Assembly (NCBI GenBank): GCA_963837955.1
Contig: CAWIPH010000002.1
Span: 512,001 to 576,000, forward strand
Source: an uncultured Verrucomicrobiae bacterium
GTDB lineage: Bacteria; Verrucomicrobiota; Verrucomicrobiia; Chthoniobacterales; JAFAMB01
DNA length: 64,000 bases
Direction: 5' to 3'
Shown here: positions 19,094-29,509 of the stretch, in pieces
How positions within the stretch are numbered: the stretch's first letter is position 1
Layout of the letters: every line of letters begins with the position of its first letter
Translations under genes and position numbers: made by a program
Notes under the pieces: generated by a model
Told to the model about the DNA's origin: nothing
The model's input: only the letters and a program-made list of their open reading frames with translations
The model's database searches: none

Positions 19094-20598
19094 GTCATTC
19101 GCTTCGTCCTCTCACCAAACGGGTTTGATCGTCCTTTTCCCAGCCGTTTTTCTGTCCAGCGGGCTAGCCGTACGAACGGAAGACCAAGCAGCAGATACAA
19201 GAACGCCACCAATAGGCCGGTGCCGAAATAGTCGAAGGTTTCGGTGGCAAGGCGGTGGTATGCGCCGGTCAGTTCCAGCATCGTCAGCGCCGAGACGAGC
19301 GAAGAATCCTTAAGCAACGCTATGAAATCGTTGGTCAGCGGCGGCAGGACGAAGCGGATGGCCTGCGGCACAATCACCAGGCGGAGCGTTTTTGTCTGCG
19401 TCAAGCCGAGGGCAAGGGCCGCTTGCCATTGGCCTGCCGGCACCGCGAGCAGGCCGGCACGGTAGTTTTCGGCTTCCGACGCTGCGTAGTTCAGACCGAG
19501 CCCAAGTACACTGGCCACGAATGGCGACAAACGAACTCCGATGTTCGGCAGGCCGTAAAAGATGAACAGGAGCTGAATCAAAAGGGGAGTACCGCGCACC
19601 ACTTCGATATAGGCCGTGGCGAACCACCGGACCGGCGATGGCCCGAAGACGCGACCAACGGCCAGCACAAAACCGACGACGATAGCAACCGCCATCGCGA
19701 CAACCGACACGGTCAAAGTCAGTACCGCCGCCCGGCGCAACAGCCGGCCGGCACCCGCGTAACTTTCTAAGTGGGACCAGAAGCTGGTATGCGGGGCGTG
19801 GGCGGCTACGAAGGCTTGATATTCGCTGTCGGGCGCTGACGGTTCGACGGGCTGACCGAAAGATTGGGCGACGGCGCTTGTCCAAAGACCCCACCGTGAA
19901 AGGATACTTCGAAGTTCCCCGCTAGCGATGAGGTCGCGTAGCGCGGTATCGATCTCCTGTTGCAGCGCTGCGTTGTCCTTGTCCACCGCGATACCGTAAG
20001 CGACTTTGCCAAAAGGCGGACCGCACAGCTCTAGTCCAGGGTTGGGCGCCGCATAGTATTTGGCGATGGGATAATCGAGCAGGACACCGTAAAGGCGACC
20101 ATTGACGACATCTTGGTAGGCGCTTACCTCCTGATCATAGGTTTTTGTCCTAACCCCCGGCGTTTCTTCGAGCATCCGCAGGGCCGCAGTTTGGTCGAGG
20201 GTACCAATGTCTCGGCCGCGGAGTTGCTCCAGAGAAGTGAGCGTCGTGCCGCGCCGCCCGACGAATTGTTCGAACGTGAAGTAATAGGGGACGCTAAAGT
20301 TCACCTCGCCTGCTTTTTCGGCCGTGATCTCTATCCCGCAGATCACGCAATCGTAGAGACCCCGATGCAGGCCCGGGATTAGCCCGTTCCAGTCATTCTG
20401 CACAAACTCGGCGTGTCGTCCCAGACGGCGAGCAACGGCGTTGATGATCTCGTACTCGAATCCTCCCAACGGCTTGCCTGGCGCATAAAACGTGTAAGGG
20501 GCGTTACTGTTCGGGTCTGCCGCCCAGCGTAGTACGGGTTGGGCGTACACGCAGGTAGAACCCAGAACGAGGCAAAGGAAGAGTGCGGCGGGCCGCAT
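19078..20598 (-). CDS. Polar amino-acid ABC transporter, fused substrate-binding protein and permease
   Basis: Signal peptide, SBP family 3 domain, then RGTPLLIQL, AENYRAGL..VPAGQWQAA.ALG, LLKDSSL. Confidence 0.93.
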   Translation of the reverse strand: MRPAALFLCLVLGSTCVYAQPVLRWAADPNSNAPYTFYAPGKPLGGFEYEIINAVARRLGRHAEFVQNDWNGLIPGLHRGLYDCVICGIEITAEKAGEVNFSVPYYFTFEQFVGRRGTTLTSLEQLRGRDIGTLDQTAALRMLEETPGVRTKTYDQEVSAYQDVVNGRLYGVLLDYPIAKYYAAPNPGLELCGPPFGKVAYGIAVDKDNAALQQEIDTALRDLIASGELRSILSRWGLWTSAVAQSFGQPVEPSAPDSEYQAFVAAHAPHTSFWSHLESYAGAGRLLRRAAVLTLTVSVVAMAVAIVVGFVLAVGRVFGPSPVRWFATAYIEVVRGTPLLIQLLFIFYGLPNIGVRLSPFVASVLGLGLNYAASEAENYRAGLLAVPAGQWQAALALGLTQTKTLRLVIVPQAIRFVLPPLTNDFIALLKDSSLVSALTMLELTGAYHRLATETFDYFGTGLLVAFLYLLLGLPFVRLARWTEKRLGKGRSNPFGERTKRMTGRSE

Positions 20599-20860
20599 TA
20601 CAACGGACTTTCTAACAGGCCACGCGTCCCTTCGTCCATATGCTTGTGCGCGTGGCACGGGGCCTTGCTTGCGACGCCTTGAAGTAACCCAAGACAGCGA
20701 AACAGTCTGGCCCTCTCCTGGATCCTACTGCTGGATCCCCCGCCTTCCTATACCTTGTCTCCTCGCTTTTGGCTGTTCGCAGCGTTTCCGAACAGATACA
20801 GCTTTGGGTTGGCCGTACTCGCAATCAGGCGAGCGTGCCTGGCCCCAATCGCACTGTTAT

Positions 20861-21838
20861 ATGGGAATTCATTTCTGGCCGGTTACCGCGGTTCAGCCCA
20901 AAGACGCCGGCCCTACCCAGTCAGAGATGGCTACGGTCGGGGCCTACACTCTAACCGTTCTTTGTTGGTTGCTATCGGCTGGTGTCTACATCGCCGCAAA
21001 AGCGGTAGCGACCGAGATGCCTCCTTGGACCCTCTGTTTCTGGCGGGTCGTCATTGCTGGACTCATTCTGCTCCCGACCGCGAGACCTCATTGGAGTGCG
21101 ATCGTTTCCGTCGTTCGTCAGAGATGGCTGGCGCTATTGGTGATCGGTGGAATCGGGTTAGCGATCACCCAAGGCTTGATGTATACGGGGCTGAACTACA
21201 CCAGTGCCATCAATGCCGGCCTCATCCTTGCGCTGATGCCGGTCATCACGATGATCCTCGCTCGCTTTCTGTTGAATGAGGTCGTTGGACCCTGGCAAGT
21301 CGTTGGTTCCATTGTCGCCTGTATTGGAATGGCGATCATCGTCGTTCGAGGAGATCTGTCCGCACTGCTCCGTCTCGACCTGAACGCGGGTGAGCTTTTC
21401 GTTGTCGCCGCTGCGCTACTTTTTGCTCTCTACACAGTGCTGTTGCGGAAGGCGAATTTCCAACTCGCGCGTCTGCCGCTCCTGGTCGTACTGCTTGGAG
21501 GCGGAGCAGTCGCTGCGCTTCCCTTCTATATCTGGGAGCTCGCGCACGACGAGCGGACCAGTCTCAACGCGAAGGGCATACTAGCTCTGGCTTACGTAGC
21601 CGGCCCTGGTGGCGCTCTCATGTACTACTTGTTCAATCGGAGTGTGCAAACCCTGGGCGCGTCACGTGCTGGCGTTTTCCTCTACTTACAAACGATCTTT
21701 GTCGCGGTGCTCGCCTATTTCTTTCTCGGTGAACGCTTGCTTCCCTATCATCTGATCGGAGCGGGTTTCATTCTTGTTGGCGTCCTCCTCGTAATGCTGC
21801 TTAAGCCGCATCGCAGGAGTGCGGAGCCGGCGAGCTAA
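20861..21838 (+). CDS. DMT/EamA family transporter
   Basis: About ten hydrophobic segments; GLNYTSAINAGLI, LGASRAG. Start is uncertain (20861 or 20927). Confidence 0.9.
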   Translation: MGIHFWPVTAVQPKDAGPTQSEMATVGAYTLTVLCWLLSAGVYIAAKAVATEMPPWTLCFWRVVIAGLILLPTARPHWSAIVSVVRQRWLALLVIGGIGLAITQGLMYTGLNYTSAINAGLILALMPVITMILARFLLNEVVGPWQVVGSIVACIGMAIIVVRGDLSALLRLDLNAGELFVVAAALLFALYTVLLRKANFQLARLPLLVVLLGGGAVAALPFYIWELAHDERTSLNAKGILALAYVAGPGGALMYYLFNRSVQTLGASRAGVFLYLQTIFVAVLAYFFLGERLLPYHLIGAGFILVGVLLVMLLKPHRRSAEPAS

Positions 21839-22069
21839 TCATCGGTGATTGGTGAGCCGCCAAGCCCTCCTAGATCCTAGCTCTTTCCTCCTTCCACTTG
21901 CGCCGTCGAAATTAATCCGGTCCCCGCTTGCTATTTACTCGATCCGCCTCGACCGTTAGCCTTCGATTGTTCTAGTTGATTGCGCGGTGGATCGTCAGAT
22001 GGGGCCTCCTCAGTGGTGATTTGAAACCCGGTGTTCGGGAACGGCTCTGTGACTGGCTTCGTAATGTTT

Positions 22070-22351
22070 ATGAAATTGTACGTTGGTAATCTTTCTTTCT
22101 CTACCGCCGAAAGCGATCTGCGCGAGCTGTTCTCGCCGCACGGTACCGTCACGGATGTTCACGTGGTGACCGATCGCATGAGTGGTAATTCTCGCGGGTT
22201 CGCTTTTGTCACTATGGGGAATCGCAACGAAGGCCAGGCGGCCATCAGCGCGTTGGAAGGTCATTCGGTCGATGGCCGTAATTTGACAGTCAATGAGGCG
22301 CGTCCGAAGACGGAGCAGCGTCCAGACCGCTCCTTTGACCGCCGCCGCTAA
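22070..22351 (+). CDS. RRM (RNP-1) RNA-binding protein
   Basis: KLYVGNLSF (RNP2), SRGFAFVTM (RNP1), GRNLTVNEARPK. Confidence 0.95.
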   Translation: MKLYVGNLSFSTAESDLRELFSPHGTVTDVHVVTDRMSGNSRGFAFVTMGNRNEGQAAISALEGHSVDGRNLTVNEARPKTEQRPDRSFDRRR

Positions 22352-22362
22352 GGCGTTCGTTT

Positions 22363-22386
22363 AGCCGCGGAACCCCGCGGCTTTTG
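22363..22386 (+). terminator. Rho-independent terminator
   Basis: AGCCGCGG-aacc-CCGCGGCT followed by TTT, just after the RRM gene. Confidence 0.7.
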
Positions 22387-22526
22387 AAAAGGGGAGGGCA
22401 TTATCGCCCGTCCCCTTTGACGATTCTTCGTCCGTTGTCTCGCGGTTTCTCGTCATTTGTCATCGTCTCCCGATGCCGGTGTCTGGATCTTTTGTAAATG
22501 CCTGTTGAACAGCTATATTTCCTCTC

Positions 22527-22805
22527 GTGAAGAGGAATTCTCGGGGTCCCGCCAGCAGCGATGCGCATCAATTTTGGGGAACTGTAGTTGGTGTCGACAA
22601 TAAAACTGACCAGGAGCGGACCTTTACCGTTTACACGCATAAAGGCAGTTTTTTGATCGTAAATGACAAAGGACACGAGCGTCTCGCCGGTCCCGATATA
22701 GGCCTGAGCAAACACGATATTTTTCGAGAAGTCATGGCCCAGTTCCAAGTTCACGCGCTACGGCTTAGCCCAGTTCTCGACGCCAAGCGCCCGATCGAAA
22801 GCTGA
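22527..22805 (+). CDS. Hypothetical protein
   Basis: Plausible composition, GTG start; a competing antisense ORF exists at 22401-22754. Confidence 0.45.
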   Translation: MKRNSRGPASSDAHQFWGTVVGVDNKTDQERTFTVYTHKGSFLIVNDKGHERLAGPDIGLSKHDIFREVMAQFQVHALRLSPVLDAKRPIES

Positions 22806-22954
22806 GATTTGACCCAATTCCGATAGCGGACCGCCTTTTGGATCCTAAATCCTAGCTCCTCCCTTCTGGCAGTTGTCTCGTCGGTCATTTTCACGCCGAC
22901 TTGTCCGACGAAGCCTCATCCGATGTTCGAACCTGACTTATGTGGGCGAAGTCG

Positions 22955-23039
22955 GAAGGCGTAACAGGACTCAGCCCAGGGTGGAGGCTTTGCGTAACCC
23001 TGGGACCGTCCACGAAAAGGGGAACGCTCTGAAGGAGCG
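22955..23039. repeat. REP-like palindromic element, copy 2
   Basis: Matches 18894-18975. Confidence 0.8.
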
Positions 23040-23593
23040 CAAGAGGGGCCGAGCATTATTTCACAAAAGATCGCGTCCGGCCGGTGGACGTCTGCCTTCG
23101 GCCAGCGCTACGATGCGTCGATAAAACTCTCAGCCCGAGAATCTGCCGCAGTCGTTTCCGGTTCGGCCGGACCCACAGAACGGCCCGGTTTGCAGCAGGT
23201 CGTTGGCCGTGGGATCTCGATTCGGAACTTTGCCCGGATCAAGTTCCAGGAACGCGGGACGTGCCGCGACCAGGCACAGGTAAACTTATCCCCTAGATTT
23301 GACCAACTGCAGCCAATCGCCCTTAAAACCAACCCCTGACTCTTGAATAGGGCGGTCCGGTAAATCTCCAATTGCGGCACGGAGTGATCCGAGAACGAGA
23401 CGACGCAAACTCCAATGAAAACAGAAAGAGAAACGCAAGTGAGGGCCTTTCGTAGCATCGGCGTCTAGAGTTGGACCACTAACCCAGACAAATAGCAGAT
23501 GGTCGGCGTTGGGTCAAAGCATTGGTTTGTGCTTAAATGCAGCCGTCCCATCCCTGGATTCGCACCGAATGCCCTTGCGTGTTTCAATGCCAT

Positions 23594-24139
23594 ATGGCTT
23601 CGGCCGACGCTTCCCAAGAGAGTCATCTCATCGAGATTCTTTGTACATTACAGGATCGCCGGGTTGATTTTGTCGTTGCCGGAGGAGTCGCCGTGGTGCT
23701 GCATGGTGTCGAGAGGATGACCCTCGATCTTGACGTCGCGGTCTCTCTCGATCCGGAGAATCTGAGACGCTTTTTGTCAGCTCTCGATCAGTTGCATTTG
23801 GTTCCCCGTGCACCCATCCCGGCCACTAGTATCCTGGACGCGGCCCGAGTGGAAGAGTTGATTCGGGAAAAAAACGCCCTCGTCTTCACGTTCTGGAATC
23901 CGCAAGAACCCTATAAGCAGATCGACATGTTCTTGACCCGGGAGAATAGCTTTGACGATCTGGTCGCGGATGCTCATGCTTTGATCATCCGAGGTAGAAC
24001 CATTCGAGTTGCTTCGCGACGCAAGTTAATCGAAATGAAAAGCCGAGTTCGCCCTATCCGGGAGAAGGATTTGAGCGACATAAAAGCCCTGACAAAAATC
24101 GATGAGGACAAACCGGCATCCGCCCCAAGCAGAGAGTAG
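23594..24139 (+). CDS. Nucleotidyltransferase (DUF6036/AbiEii-like)
   Basis: FVVAGGVAVVLHG..RMTLDLD, LIEMK...REKDLSDI. Confidence 0.85.
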   Translation: MASADASQESHLIEILCTLQDRRVDFVVAGGVAVVLHGVERMTLDLDVAVSLDPENLRRFLSALDQLHLVPRAPIPATSILDAARVEELIREKNALVFTFWNPQEPYKQIDMFLTRENSFDDLVADAHALIIRGRTIRVASRRKLIEMKSRVRPIREKDLSDIKALTKIDEDKPASAPSRE

Positions 24140-24311
24140 TCGATTTGGAATCAATTCGGCCGTCTGGACGGAGCTGCGACCGGAAGACTTCGATGGTCAC
24201 ACCGAATTTGTGAGTATGGACGCAGAGCAGCGCTTGGCTTGGCTTTCTGAGATCGCCAGATTTGTGCACGACGTTCGCCAATGGCGCGGCTCCTCCACTC
24301 CCCAAAATTGA
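24102..24311 (+). CDS. Small hypothetical protein coupled to the nucleotidyltransferase
   Basis: Overlaps the NTase 3' end; SMDAEQRLAWL motif of small partner proteins. Confidence 0.55.
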   Translation: MRTNRHPPQAESSRFGINSAVWTELRPEDFDGHTEFVSMDAEQRLAWLSEIARFVHDVRQWRGSSTPQN

Positions 24312-24339
24312 GCGCTATTTCGCGCCCTTTGGTTGATCT

Positions 24340-26202
24340 ATGGTTTGCCCGAAATGCCAGTTCGAATCGGGTGAGCAATTTTGTCCGAACTGCGGATTAG
24401 ATCTGGGGATTCACGCCCAGGTCGAAAACCTCCACAAGGAAGTTGCCGAGCTCCGCCAGCTCCTGACAACTCCTCGGTCAAGCTCGGCCCCGACTCCGGC
24501 CGCCTTGAAGGTAGCGAGCACCGGACCAATTCCGCCGCCGCTCCCGCCGCCATCCCCAACTCAACCGCCCGGAGATCGGCGGATCCCTGCTAGTCCCGCG
24601 CAGGAGAACAAAGCCCGTCCTCCAGAGCGTTCCGCAGAAGTGGCCTTAGGTCAGCGCTGGTTCTTAGGTATCGGGGTCTTCGTGCTGCTTTTGGCCATCG
24701 GCTTTTTCCTCAAGTATGCGTTTGACGAACAATGGATCCGTCCCGCGGTGCAAGTCACGTTCGGACTCGTGGTTGGGATCCTCTTATTGGGTGGAGGCGA
24801 GATCTGCCGCCGCCGGCATTGGACCGGACTCGATATTGGCTTTGCCGCCCTCGGACTAGGTACGCTTTATCTCAGTGTTTATGCTGCCAATCAGATCTAT
24901 CGCTTGTTGCCGGATGGGCTGACCATATTTATCGCCTTCCTCATCAGTGCGGTTGGATTGCTCATTTCCTATTTATGGAATTCCCGAGTCTTGGCCGGGT
25001 TGAGCTTTCTGGGTGGCTACTTATCGCCGTTGCTGTTCCATTCCGACGAATTGGGGAACTGGGTGTTTTTCGGGTACCTGTCGGCCCTGAATATCGCCAC
25101 TACGATTTTGGCGTATGTGAAGCGCTGGTCCTCGCTCTCCTGGTTTGGAGCGATATTGAGCTGGATCGCGTTCCAAGCCTGGTCATCAGCTCATGCGACT
25201 CCGGACCAATTGGTATACGCGTTTTGGTTCACGCAGTTGTCGTTCTTTCTCTACTCGATTTTTCCGTTTCTCCGGCTTCGCTCCGCTCTCGCCGGTTGGC
25301 GACTGGCCGGTATCGCCGTCGCTCTGATAAATGGCTGGCTCTGTGTCTGGAAGTCCGCCGAACTGCTGCAATACGAAAAATTCCCGGTTTCCCTGGTTAC
25401 CCTGGCCTACGCAGTGGCAGCCTTATCTCTTGCTTTGATATTCTGGCGCCGCAGTTCTTACGGACCGGCCGTTACCTGGCTGATTAGTCAGGGATTGATC
25501 TTCTTGCTCCTGACCTGGACCGTGATCCTTTCCGATAAGTGGACGGCCGTTTTTTGGGCGGCGCAGACCATAGCCACCTACTGGATTGCGGCCAAAGCCA
25601 AGGATCGAGTGCTGTTGCATGGTACGATTATTCTCGGGGCCGTTGTCGCCTTTCGATTTCTCGTTTCCGAAACAGTGGACCTTTTTGGCCTTTCCGCGGC
25701 CAGCGGTGGAGTTACCAATGGGCTTGTCTCGCGCTGGCTAATAGGCCTGTTGGTGACCTTATGCCTATTTGCCGTCTCCCGGCTAGCGGCTCGTGGCCTC
25801 GTTAACGGAGTCCACCCCAGCGTGGCTCGTTGGTTTGAAGCTACCGGCTTGATCAGCCTTTTCGGCTTCCTGAACGCCGAACTCGAACACGCCACTTGGG
25901 AATGGTATTTCCCAGTTTCTCTGGCCGCATTCTCGATCCTCTGGACTCTCTTCGCTGCTTCCTTGCTGATAGCCGGCTTCTTGTGGAAACGAATGTTCTA
26001 TCGCCTGTGCGCGATCGTTCTTCTTTTGCTCACCGTAGCTAAAGTGCTCGTCTTCGATACGGCGGAAGTAAAAGCTCCGTACCGGATATTGTCCTGCGCG
26101 GTCCTCGGAATCATCCTGGTAGCATTGTCTGCGCTTTACTACCGGTTCTCCGCCCGCCTGCTATCCAGTCCCTCGGCCGACTCCTCGACCATCAGAAAAT
26201 AG
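24340..26202 (+). CDS. DUF2339 family membrane protein
   Basis: N-terminal CxxC..CxxC ribbon, Pro-rich linker, GFFLKYAF, GGYLSP, C-terminal KVLVFD...YRILS. Confidence 0.88.
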   Translation: MVCPKCQFESGEQFCPNCGLDLGIHAQVENLHKEVAELRQLLTTPRSSSAPTPAALKVASTGPIPPPLPPPSPTQPPGDRRIPASPAQENKARPPERSAEVALGQRWFLGIGVFVLLLAIGFFLKYAFDEQWIRPAVQVTFGLVVGILLLGGGEICRRRHWTGLDIGFAALGLGTLYLSVYAANQIYRLLPDGLTIFIAFLISAVGLLISYLWNSRVLAGLSFLGGYLSPLLFHSDELGNWVFFGYLSALNIATTILAYVKRWSSLSWFGAILSWIAFQAWSSAHATPDQLVYAFWFTQLSFFLYSIFPFLRLRSALAGWRLAGIAVALINGWLCVWKSAELLQYEKFPVSLVTLAYAVAALSLALIFWRRSSYGPAVTWLISQGLIFLLLTWTVILSDKWTAVFWAAQTIATYWIAAKAKDRVLLHGTIILGAVVAFRFLVSETVDLFGLSAASGGVTNGLVSRWLIGLLVTLCLFAVSRLAARGLVNGVHPSVARWFEATGLISLFGFLNAELEHATWEWYFPVSLAAFSILWTLFAASLLIAGFLWKRMFYRLCAIVLLLLTVAKVLVFDTAEVKAPYRILSCAVLGIILVALSALYYRFSARLLSSPSADSSTIRK

Positions 26203-26206
26203 GTGA

Positions 26207-27151
26207 TCACCCGCCCGCGGCTCGGATCACCGGTAACGCTTCCTCCAGGTCGGCTACGTTTTCGATTGAGACTACTTCAATCCCTTTTCGGATCCGCGAA
26301 ACCAGACCGGCTAGGACCGACCCGGGACCAAGTTCTAAAAAAAGATCGCAGCCAATCTGATCGAGCAGGTACCCGATACTTTCGGCCCAACGAACCGAAC
26401 CGGTGACCTGATTACTCAACGTCGCTCGGATCTCCGCCGGATCATCTACCGGCAAGGCTGTGACGTTCGCCACCACGCTCAAATGCGGGCGCCGAATATC
26501 AGCCGCGGCTAGCTCTGTTTGGAGCCGTTGTTTGGCGCTTTCCATGAGGCGCGAATGGAAAGCGCCGGCCACGGTAAGCGGTACCGCCCGGCGGACTCCC
26601 TTTTCCTTCGCGATCGCGATCGCGTTTTGGACTTTCCAAGACTCGCCTGCCAAAACAATTTGTCCGGGTGCGTTCAAGTTTGCCACGTCGATATCGGCTT
26701 CCGTCGCGATTTGCCGGACTAGCGATTCTTCACCCCCCACAAATGCCGCCATCGAGCCATTCGTCTCGTTGCACGCCTCTTCCATGAAGCGGCTCCGCTG
26801 CGCGACCAGTTTCAACCCGGTCGCAAAATCGAAGGTGCCGGCGGCCGCATGCGCCGTGAACTCGCCAAGCGAAAGACCAGCAGCAGCAACGGCGGGGATT
26901 GGACCGATTTCTTCCTCAATCGCTCTTTGTAAAGCCAGACCGTGAACATAAAGCGCGACCTGGCAATTCGCCGTCTTGGTCAGTTCCTCCATCGGACCGT
27001 CAAAAGCGAGCTGGCTCAGCGATCTCCCCAGGAGCGCGTCGGCCTCCCCAAAGAGGTTGGCCGCAACCGCGTAACGGCCAGCCAGATCCTTTCCCATTCC
27101 GACCTTCTGGGCACCTTGTCCTGAAAAGAGTAGCGCGATCTTTCTCGGCAT
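26207..27151 (-). CDS. fabD: Malonyl-CoA:ACP transacylase
   Basis: FSGQGAQ, GLSLGE, VAGAFHS, ELGPG; likely start MPRKIA. Confidence 0.95.
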   Translation of the reverse strand: MPRKIALLFSGQGAQKVGMGKDLAGRYAVAANLFGEADALLGRSLSQLAFDGPMEELTKTANCQVALYVHGLALQRAIEEEIGPIPAVAAAGLSLGEFTAHAAAGTFDFATGLKLVAQRSRFMEEACNETNGSMAAFVGGEESLVRQIATEADIDVANLNAPGQIVLAGESWKVQNAIAIAKEKGVRRAVPLTVAGAFHSRLMESAKQRLQTELAAADIRRPHLSVVANVTALPVDDPAEIRATLSNQVTGSVRWAESIGYLLDQIGCDLFLELGPGSVLAGLVSRIRKGIEVVSIENVADLEEALPVIRAAGG

Positions 27152-27190
27152 GAGCCGACGATGAAGGATGAAGCAGCGCCCGTCAATTAT

Positions 27191-27362
27191 CCCTCGGTTG
27201 TTCTGCTTCGTAACAGCGACGCTTGCAAAACCTGTCCCGTAATTCGCTGACCCTCGTCGCGCGACAGGCGCGAGATGATTTGCCAATCCAACCGGCGTGG
27301 CATTGTTGGCGTTGCTCCATCCGGAGGGTTTGGCTGAGCGGCTGAATTCACTGATCTTGAAA
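27191..27362 (+). repeat. Decayed copy of the tRNA-Ser upstream region plus tRNA 5' half (att-like)
   Basis: Aligns to 56686-56859. The tRNA part 27323-27362 (GGAGGGTTTGGCTGAGCGGCTGAATTCACTGATCTTGAAA) is mutated and stops at the anticodon loop. Confidence 0.85.
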
Positions 27363-27508
27363 GGCTCGAAAATCCCGGAGCGCGCGACCTCGTTTCCCGC
27401 AGAGTTCTCTCACCAAATGCACGCTCGTTTAAGACCCGCCCGTCAGAAGTCAGTGCGATGACCATTCACCGGGCGGGACAGTCGCTCAATTTCTTAAGCT
27501 GGCTTCAA

Positions 27509-28678
27509 CTAATCTATAATATTCGTATTGTCGATCACTGAGACAGTGCCGCTGCTCGGATTAGTGGTATAGACATATTTTACACTTAGTCCGCCAGGCC
27601 CCCCGAGAATGGGCGATACGGCCACGTACAGAGGCTTATTGTGTTCGCCCAGCCAGACGCTATGGTTACCTGAGTGATAGGCATTCCCCCACCTTTCTCG
27701 AATCCTAACCAATTTGTTTTCCCCGGGATCGGCTATAAACAGATAGCGAAGGCCGAAATAAGTGCCTCCGCCAGCTATTCCAGCTAAATATGATTCGCGA
27801 TTCGGATGCTTGTTGAAAAAATTATCAGTAAAAACCTCAATTTTCTCTGTGGGCCGATTGCCAATCTTCAAAACCTTCTTTTCTGATTGCAAGCACGATA
27901 TATACAGCTCCTCCACATCCTCCTGGGCGATCGCAATTCCAAGTGGTGCCGTATTGTCCTGGGTGAAGGTCCGTTCCCCAATGATGATTTGTTTAGTCGC
28001 ATCGATCTGCGTTACGTAGCCTTGCACCTGAGTGCCCGTGTTCGATAGGTCTCCCTGGTTCAATACATGGGCTTTCAACCCGTCCCGACTGAAAACCACT
28101 TGCAGCGGCCTCTGACCAACCGGGATAGAAATCGTGTTGGTCGTTGCCAGGGTAGCAACATCGATGATTGAGACGGTCCCATCTTTGTTTCCGGCTCCAG
28201 CGTTACAAACCCAAAGCTGGCTGCCATCGGGTTTGACTGCCAGACCCAAGGGGGCCGGGCCAACCGGCACCGTCTGGGTCACAGTGTGGCTAGCCGTGGA
28301 TATCACCGACACGGTGTTATCCTGGTTATTGCTGACAAAAGCCGTTGTCCCGTCTGGACTAATCGCTACAAACATTGGCTTGTTGCCGACGGCAATGGTA
28401 GCAACCACACTGTTAGTTGGAGAGCTTATTACCGAAACGGTGTTCGAACCTGAGTTGGCTACATACACCGCATCACCGCTCGGAGTGACAGCCAAGCCAT
28501 TGGGCGCCACGCCAACAAATACCGTAGCGATCAGTGCTTTCCCCGTGCCGGCAATTCCAGACACCGAAAAGCCCGCGATGATAGTTGCAACCAATAACGC
28601 CGAAGCTACATCACGACCGATCGAATGCCGCCTTTTTACCATTTTGATACCGCTTTGGGACAAGTGTATCTTTTCCAT
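27509..28678 (-). CDS. Secreted YVTN/YncE beta-propeller protein, paralog A
   Basis: Signal peptide; repeated VG..P.G.AV.PDG..YVAN..SNTVSVI blades. Confidence 0.9.
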   Translation of the reverse strand: MEKIHLSQSGIKMVKRRHSIGRDVASALLVATIIAGFSVSGIAGTGKALIATVFVGVAPNGLAVTPSGDAVYVANSGSNTVSVISSPTNSVVATIAVGNKPMFVAISPDGTTAFVSNNQDNTVSVISTASHTVTQTVPVGPAPLGLAVKPDGSQLWVCNAGAGNKDGTVSIIDVATLATTNTISIPVGQRPLQVVFSRDGLKAHVLNQGDLSNTGTQVQGYVTQIDATKQIIIGERTFTQDNTAPLGIAIAQEDVEELYISCLQSEKKVLKIGNRPTEKIEVFTDNFFNKHPNRESYLAGIAGGGTYFGLRYLFIADPGENKLVRIRERWGNAYHSGNHSVWLGEHNKPLYVAVSPILGGPGGLSVKYVYTTNPSSGTVSVIDNTNIID

Positions 28679-28850
28679 ACGGTTTCACTATCAAGCGCCG
28701 ACTAACGCTTCAAGCTATTCTCGTCGAGCGGCAGCCTGACGGGAATCTAAGATGATAAAACTGCTTAAAATTACAGTGGTTAGATTCGGGACACCACCGG
28801 AGAAAATATTATTAGTAAGTTCACTTCTAAATAGTAGTTCCCGCTACCCG

Positions 28851-29471
28851 CTACCTTTCCTTCGTCTGTTCAGCCGTGCCTACGATCACCAGCCCTTTCG
28901 GCTTTGGCTTGTCGAAAGCGATCGTCTTTTCGAACTTCTGAACCGCGGCGCCGTAGTTGTACTCGGACTGAGTTAGTTTCTCGCGCTCGCTCGGCGGGGT
29001 TTCATACTTATGACGGTCTCCGCCAAGCAGAAGGCCTAACAGAGCGACCGGAGATTTCGTCCAAAAATCGGAGTACCAAAACGGGTGCGCGATCTTTTCT
29101 CGCTCCTCGGCATCTTGGGCAGCCTGCTTGTTGTAAATCTCGGTGCTCACATCTTTAGCCCCGCGTGACTCCGAGGCAGAAGAATTGTACTGAAAACCAC
29201 TCTGATTTGACTCGTTGCTAACGCCACCGGTCTTGCCGCCGGCCGAGTTGGTCGATTGATCCGACTGAAGACGTGACCCTTTGTGCTCGACATTCTGGTC
29301 CGGTGTCTTTGTCGAGAAATAGGATTTCTTCAAATCCTTGGCAAGATTCTGGTCGGCATCATCCGCCAGACCGATATGGAGCGCCAAAAAAGGTGCGCCG
29401 AAATACGTGACGCACATTAACAGCGATCTTGCTGCAGAGCCGCGGCTGTTCCGATGAAGAAGCTTAGCCAT
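28851..29471 (-). CDS. Hypothetical, probably exported protein
   Basis: Hydrophobic N-terminal stretch, low-complexity polar middle; lies between the two YVTN genes. Confidence 0.6.
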   Translation of the reverse strand: MAKLLHRNSRGSAARSLLMCVTYFGAPFLALHIGLADDADQNLAKDLKKSYFSTKTPDQNVEHKGSRLQSDQSTNSAGGKTGGVSNESNQSGFQYNSSASESRGAKDVSTEIYNKQAAQDAEEREKIAHPFWYSDFWTKSPVALLGLLLGGDRHKYETPPSEREKLTQSEYNYGAAVQKFEKTIAFDKPKPKGLVIVGTAEQTKER

Positions 29472-29509
29472 GATGCAGAATACAGCTCCCGGGTCCCAAG
29501 GGCTTTGCT

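Noticed and set aside
23108..23458. ORF 23108-23458 (-) as a gene
   Set aside because: Has a hydrophobic N-terminus but no recognisable motif; cannot be supported from sequence alone.
27323..27362. Second functional tRNA gene
   Set aside because: Only a mutated 5' half; no T-arm or CCA follows.
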